The notes under the pieces were generated by a model, which did not search any database, was not told the origin of the DNA, and worked only from the letters and a program-made list of their open reading frames with translations. Made by a program: the position numbers and the translations under genes. Of a stretch of 64,000 bases of DNA, positions 60,729 through 64,000 are shown one piece after another. This DNA is from Patescibacteria group bacterium. Its GTDB lineage: Bacteria > Patescibacteriota > Patescibacteriia > JAHIZJ01. The first letter of the stretch is position 1, and every line of letters begins with the position of its first letter. The stretch covers positions 179,814-243,813 of the forward strand of contig JAQTMH010000001.1 of the NCBI GenBank assembly GCA_028714495.1, read 5' to 3'.

Positions 60729-61505
60729 TTATTTAAATTTTTTCGCTTGGTTGGCTTGATCAATAAGCATTTTTTGGACGCCGTAAACCTGGAGGGCGTG
60801 CTTATATTCCTCTCGGCTGGCAAACGATTCAATCTGTCTTTGCAGGCTGTCTAAATTGGGCTCATTCACCGGCCCCCGACAACCCAGGCACTGCTGGCCA
60901 TGGGTGGTACAAATCGCCCGACAGCCGGCCCGAGTCACTGGCCCGAGGCAAATGATTTTTCGCTGCAAAAGACAGCCGGCTTGAACCAAGGGGCATTCAT
61001 AGCAAACCGGCTGGTCCGGAATCAGCGAGAGCTTACCGTCTTTTATGTCCAAAAGGTTTTGAGCGAATTCTTCATTATTTATCGGGCAGCCGGGAATTAT
61101 ATAATCGACTTTTACGTAATGCGCGATTGGAACTATTTCCGGATTTTCAATTTTATCAATCTGGGAATAGACGTATTTTAACTTTTCGTCCTTACTAACG
61201 TAGTTTTTTATTGCCTGGACGCAACCAATATGCGCGCAGTTGCCCAGGGCGATTAAAAACCCCGATTTATCCCGCATTTCTTTGAGCCGCGCCACGTCAT
61301 CGGCGGTAATGGGCGAGCCCTCGACTATGCCAATATCGTAGTGGGGCCTAGCCGGCAAATCTTCGACCAGGCTGAACTCACCTAAATCGTAATGCTTCAA
61401 TATTTCGAGCAGCCTCTCGCCCAAATCCAAAATGGCGAATTGGCAGCCCTCGCAGCAAGTCAGGCTGATTATCCCGATAACAGGTTTTTTGGGAAAGTTT
61501 GGCAT
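60729..61505 (-). CDS. [NiFe] hydrogenase small (delta) subunit
   Basis: CCEGC, EGS, G.CA..G, PGCP, VC.EC, CLGP.TRAGC.A.C, C.GCRG. Confidence 0.93.
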   Translation of the reverse strand: MPNFPKKPVIGIISLTCCEGCQFAILDLGERLLEILKHYDLGEFSLVEDLPARPHYDIGIVEGSPITADDVARLKEMRDKSGFLIALGNCAHIGCVQAIKNYVSKDEKLKYVYSQIDKIENPEIVPIAHYVKVDYIIPGCPINNEEFAQNLLDIKDGKLSLIPDQPVCYECPLVQAGCLLQRKIICLGPVTRAGCRAICTTHGQQCLGCRGPVNEPNLDSLQRQIESFASREEYKHALQVYGVQKMLIDQANQAKKFK

Positions 61506-61506
61506 A

Positions 61507-62238
61507 TTAAATCGTCAGGTTGGCTAATTTTATCGCTTCGCCGGTGTAACGGCTTAGGTTTTTTACCTGTTTCTGAGTCAAAATCTCGCAGGCGAAATTC
61601 CAATGGAAAGAAACCCAGTCTTTGATCTTAGGTTCCTGAATAAAAGTTTTTTCGTCGAATGAGCGCTGGACCGTTTTTAGTCGGGGCGAGCTTAAACGCA
61701 ACCTTCCCTCAGCCATTTCCAGAAAGCGGCTTTTTACAATTAAAGAATCTTTTTGGATCTCCTGAATCTGGCCCCAGCTCACCCGGCAATTATCCATGGT
61801 TTCGAGAGTGTGGGCAAGCGTTGGGTGGCCGGTATGAACAAAAACGTTAAAAACATGAAAAGTGTGATGCGGTTTGGCGCCTAAAGGGATTTTTCCGAGC
61901 AAATATTCCAGCGAGCGGGGACTAATCCTTTTTTTCAGATTCAAGCCTTCGGTCAAATGACGGTAAAGACCTTTCATGGCGGTTTTTTCCAAAAGATCAT
62001 TGCCGATCCAGTAAGCTTCAACCACTTTTTCATCAAATGCGTCCTCAATTAAATTACTATTGGCAATAAACCTCAAATAAGGCCAAAGGTTTTTGAAATT
62101 TACCAGAATATCCTTCAAGCCCTGATCAACCGTGTGGGTGATGCCATAGTCAAAAAGCGTCCGGTCGGCAGACGGTCCGCAATACGCCAGCCGATTGGGC
62201 ATGAAAGCGTAGGTTGTGCACGAAAGAATGCCTGACAT
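61507..62238 (-). CDS. DUF6390-like hydrogenase-associated protein
   Basis: YAF.PN.L.YCGP, VVEAYWIGN, PHH.FHV, C.VSWG, HW..ACE. Confidence 0.75.
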   Translation of the reverse strand: MSGILSCTTYAFMPNRLAYCGPSADRTLFDYGITHTVDQGLKDILVNFKNLWPYLRFIANSNLIEDAFDEKVVEAYWIGNDLLEKTAMKGLYRHLTEGLNLKKRISPRSLEYLLGKIPLGAKPHHTFHVFNVFVHTGHPTLAHTLETMDNCRVSWGQIQEIQKDSLIVKSRFLEMAEGRLRLSSPRLKTVQRSFDEKTFIQEPKIKDWVSFHWNFACEILTQKQVKNLSRYTGEAIKLANLTI

Positions 62239-62241
62239 TGG

Positions 62242-63132
62242 TTAAACCCTTGCCGATTTAATTTGTTTTTGCCTGTTTACAAGGAAGATCAACGCCAGAC
62301 TGGCTAAAACCACAAAATTTCCAGCAGTCTGCGGCCACGAAGGAATTTGCCGGTCTATAACCAGCTGGCAAAATACCGTAATCGGAAAGCCCAAGGCCAA
62401 AATCGAAGTTGCCACAGCGACCGGGATGTACCGAAGGCCGCTATACCAAGTCACCACATAGCCAAAGAGAAAAAGCGACGTGACAATGGTCCACTGGATT
62501 TGCGGCCAAGTCAGATGAGCCAAAGCGGGCAGTTGGTTTGTCATTGTCCAAAATCCGAAAATAATAATCAGGCCGAAAAACATCCTACCCCATGAAGCCA
62601 GGAGAGGAGAAACGCTCCGCAAAACTTTTTTCGCGATAATCTGCTCGCCAGCCCATAGTAGCGTGGCCAGGAGTATCAAACCATCGCCCAGATGCAGCCC
62701 TTGCGGCGCTATTTTAAACATCAGAACCAGACCCACTACTAAGCTGGCCAATCCGAAATATGTCCAGCGGTTAATTTTCTCTTTTAGAAATACCAGGGCC
62801 AATATTGCCACCCAGACAAACATCGTTTTATGAATAAATGCGCCCTGGGCTGCGCTGGTCAAGCTTAAACCCTTGAAAAACAGCAGAAACGGCACGCCGC
62901 CACCCACCAGGCCGAGCAGCAGCAAGCCCAGCCATTGTTGTCTTCGTAATTTTTTTACTTCAGCAAATTTCTTCGTACCGGCAATTGCTAAAACAATAAA
63001 TAATACCACCAAGGCGTTTTTTAGGCCGGTAAAGATATAGGGGTTTGAAACGCTGACGCCGAACTTGTTGAAATAGACTGACAGGCCGGAAATCAGAGCC
63101 GTGGCCAGAATTAATTTGTAGCCTTTATTCAT
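62242..63132 (-). CDS. DMT/EamA-family transporter
   Basis: two EamA-like repeats, about 10 TM, LKEKI. Confidence 0.88.
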   Translation of the reverse strand: MNKGYKLILATALISGLSVYFNKFGVSVSNPYIFTGLKNALVVLFIVLAIAGTKKFAEVKKLRRQQWLGLLLLGLVGGGVPFLLFFKGLSLTSAAQGAFIHKTMFVWVAILALVFLKEKINRWTYFGLASLVVGLVLMFKIAPQGLHLGDGLILLATLLWAGEQIIAKKVLRSVSPLLASWGRMFFGLIIIFGFWTMTNQLPALAHLTWPQIQWTIVTSLFLFGYVVTWYSGLRYIPVAVATSILALGFPITVFCQLVIDRQIPSWPQTAGNFVVLASLALIFLVNRQKQIKSARV

Positions 63133-63319
63133 TTTTAAAAAGTTTTAATATTTTATTCGCTTCGGCCGAGCTAATTTTTTTTATCGCCAGATCGGCATTG
63201 ACCAACACCCAGTCTCCGGGCTTGGCTTTTGGGACTAGAGAGATGTCGATCGTACCAGTGCCAACCTTGGCTTTGTTATCAGCGACCGAGATAATCTTCT
63301 TGGGTACAGTCAGGCACAT
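63125..63319 (-). CDS. hypC: hydrogenase maturation chaperone HypC
   Basis: MCL.VP.KI, GDWVLV....AI..I...EA. Confidence 0.9.
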   Translation of the reverse strand: MCLTVPKKIISVADNKAKVGTGTIDISLVPKAKPGDWVLVNADLAIKKISSAEANKILKLFKNE

Positions 63320-63362
63320 TTTATATCCAATTAGCTAATCAACCAATTAACTAATTAACCAA

Positions 63363-64000
63363 CTAAATCGCTCCCGGAATATCCTTTATCTTATCATAAG
63401 AAAATACCGGGCCATCTTTACAGACATAGAATGAGCCGATCGCGCAATGCTGGCAAACACCGACCGCGCAATCCATCCGGCGTTCAAAAGAAAGGTAAAT
63501 ATCCGTATCGGGAATGCCCAATTTCTTCAAACGCTCCAGCGTGAATCGGTACATGATCGGCGGACCGCAGGCTAAGACACCAACCTTCTCCATTATTTTT
63601 ACCTTATCAAAAAGATTGGTGATCAGGCCAACCTGATGCGGCCACGCGGCCGAAGGCTTGGACGCTATCAGATATAAGTCAATTTTCTTCCGCCAGTTAT
63701 CAAATTCATTGGCAAAAAGCAAATCCCTTTCGCTGGTAACGCCGAAAAATACCTGCAGCTTTTGTTTGGCGCTGGGTTTTTTCAGGTAATCAAGAATCAC
63801 GGTCCGCATGGTGACAAAGCCGCAGCCGCCGCCGATCAGAAGCAAATTCCTGTTGGCCAATTTGTTCATCGGAAAACCATGGCCATAAGGTCCGCGTATT
63901 TGAAGCCGGTCGCCGATTTTCAGTTGGTGGATCCTTTTGGTGACGGCACCGGCCTGACGCACGCAGATTTCTAAGGAACCAGTTTCCAGCGAACTTGAGC
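63363..64000 (-). CDS. FAD/NAD(P)-binding hydrogenase gamma subunit (5' end outside the window)
   Basis: RGPYG.GF, GGG.G, CGPP.M, ER.M.C.VG.C.HC, VC.DGPVF. Confidence 0.9.
   Translation of the reverse strand, partial: SSSLETGSLEICVRQAGAVTKRIHQLKIGDRLQIRGPYGHGFPMNKLANRNLLLIGGGCGFVTMRTVILDYLKKPSAKQKLQVFFGVTSERDLLFANEFDNWRKKIDLYLIASKPSAAWPHQVGLITNLFDKVKIMEKVGVLACGPPIMYRFTLERLKKLGIPDTDIYLSFERRMDCAVGVCQHCAIGSFYVCKDGPVFSYDKIKDIPGAI

Overview
The window looks like a Patescibacteria (CPR, Parcubacteria-like) chromosome segment; this is inferred from an unlinked 16S rRNA gene with primer-site substitutions, core genes without Shine-Dalgarno sites, and the gene content. Core genes include gyrA, rpmF-nusB-rnc, a hinge-less smc-like gene, rpsP-khpA-trmD, rplS, rluD, a CCA-adding enzyme, ftsH and rpsA. 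Metabolic modules are pyrF-pyrE, a 2-oxoacid:ferredoxin oxidoreductase, a B12 module (nrdR-nrdJ-btuR, cobalamin riboswitch, DUF4430 and an ECF-like S component) and a group 3b-type [NiFe] hydrogenase cluster. Several genes look foreign and carry strong Shine-Dalgarno sites (csrA, a C25/FlgD-Ig protein, a beta-helix protein with an SWGxLK tail). The most striking signal is non-coding. Six intact tRNA genes (Pro-TGG, Phe-GAA, Ile-GAT, Val-GAC, Ile-TAT, Cys-GCA) each sit at the apex of an inverted-repeat cassette nested inside a second, split tRNA gene of the same isotype, mostly split in the anticodon loop. Three more (Gly-TCC, Gly-GCC, Leu-GAG) have adjacent relic copies. The relics are repeatedly interrupted in their D-, anticodon- and T-loops by a family of 19-40 bp CCC...GGG palindromes. 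All calls come from reading the sequence by eye; no database search or folding program was run.
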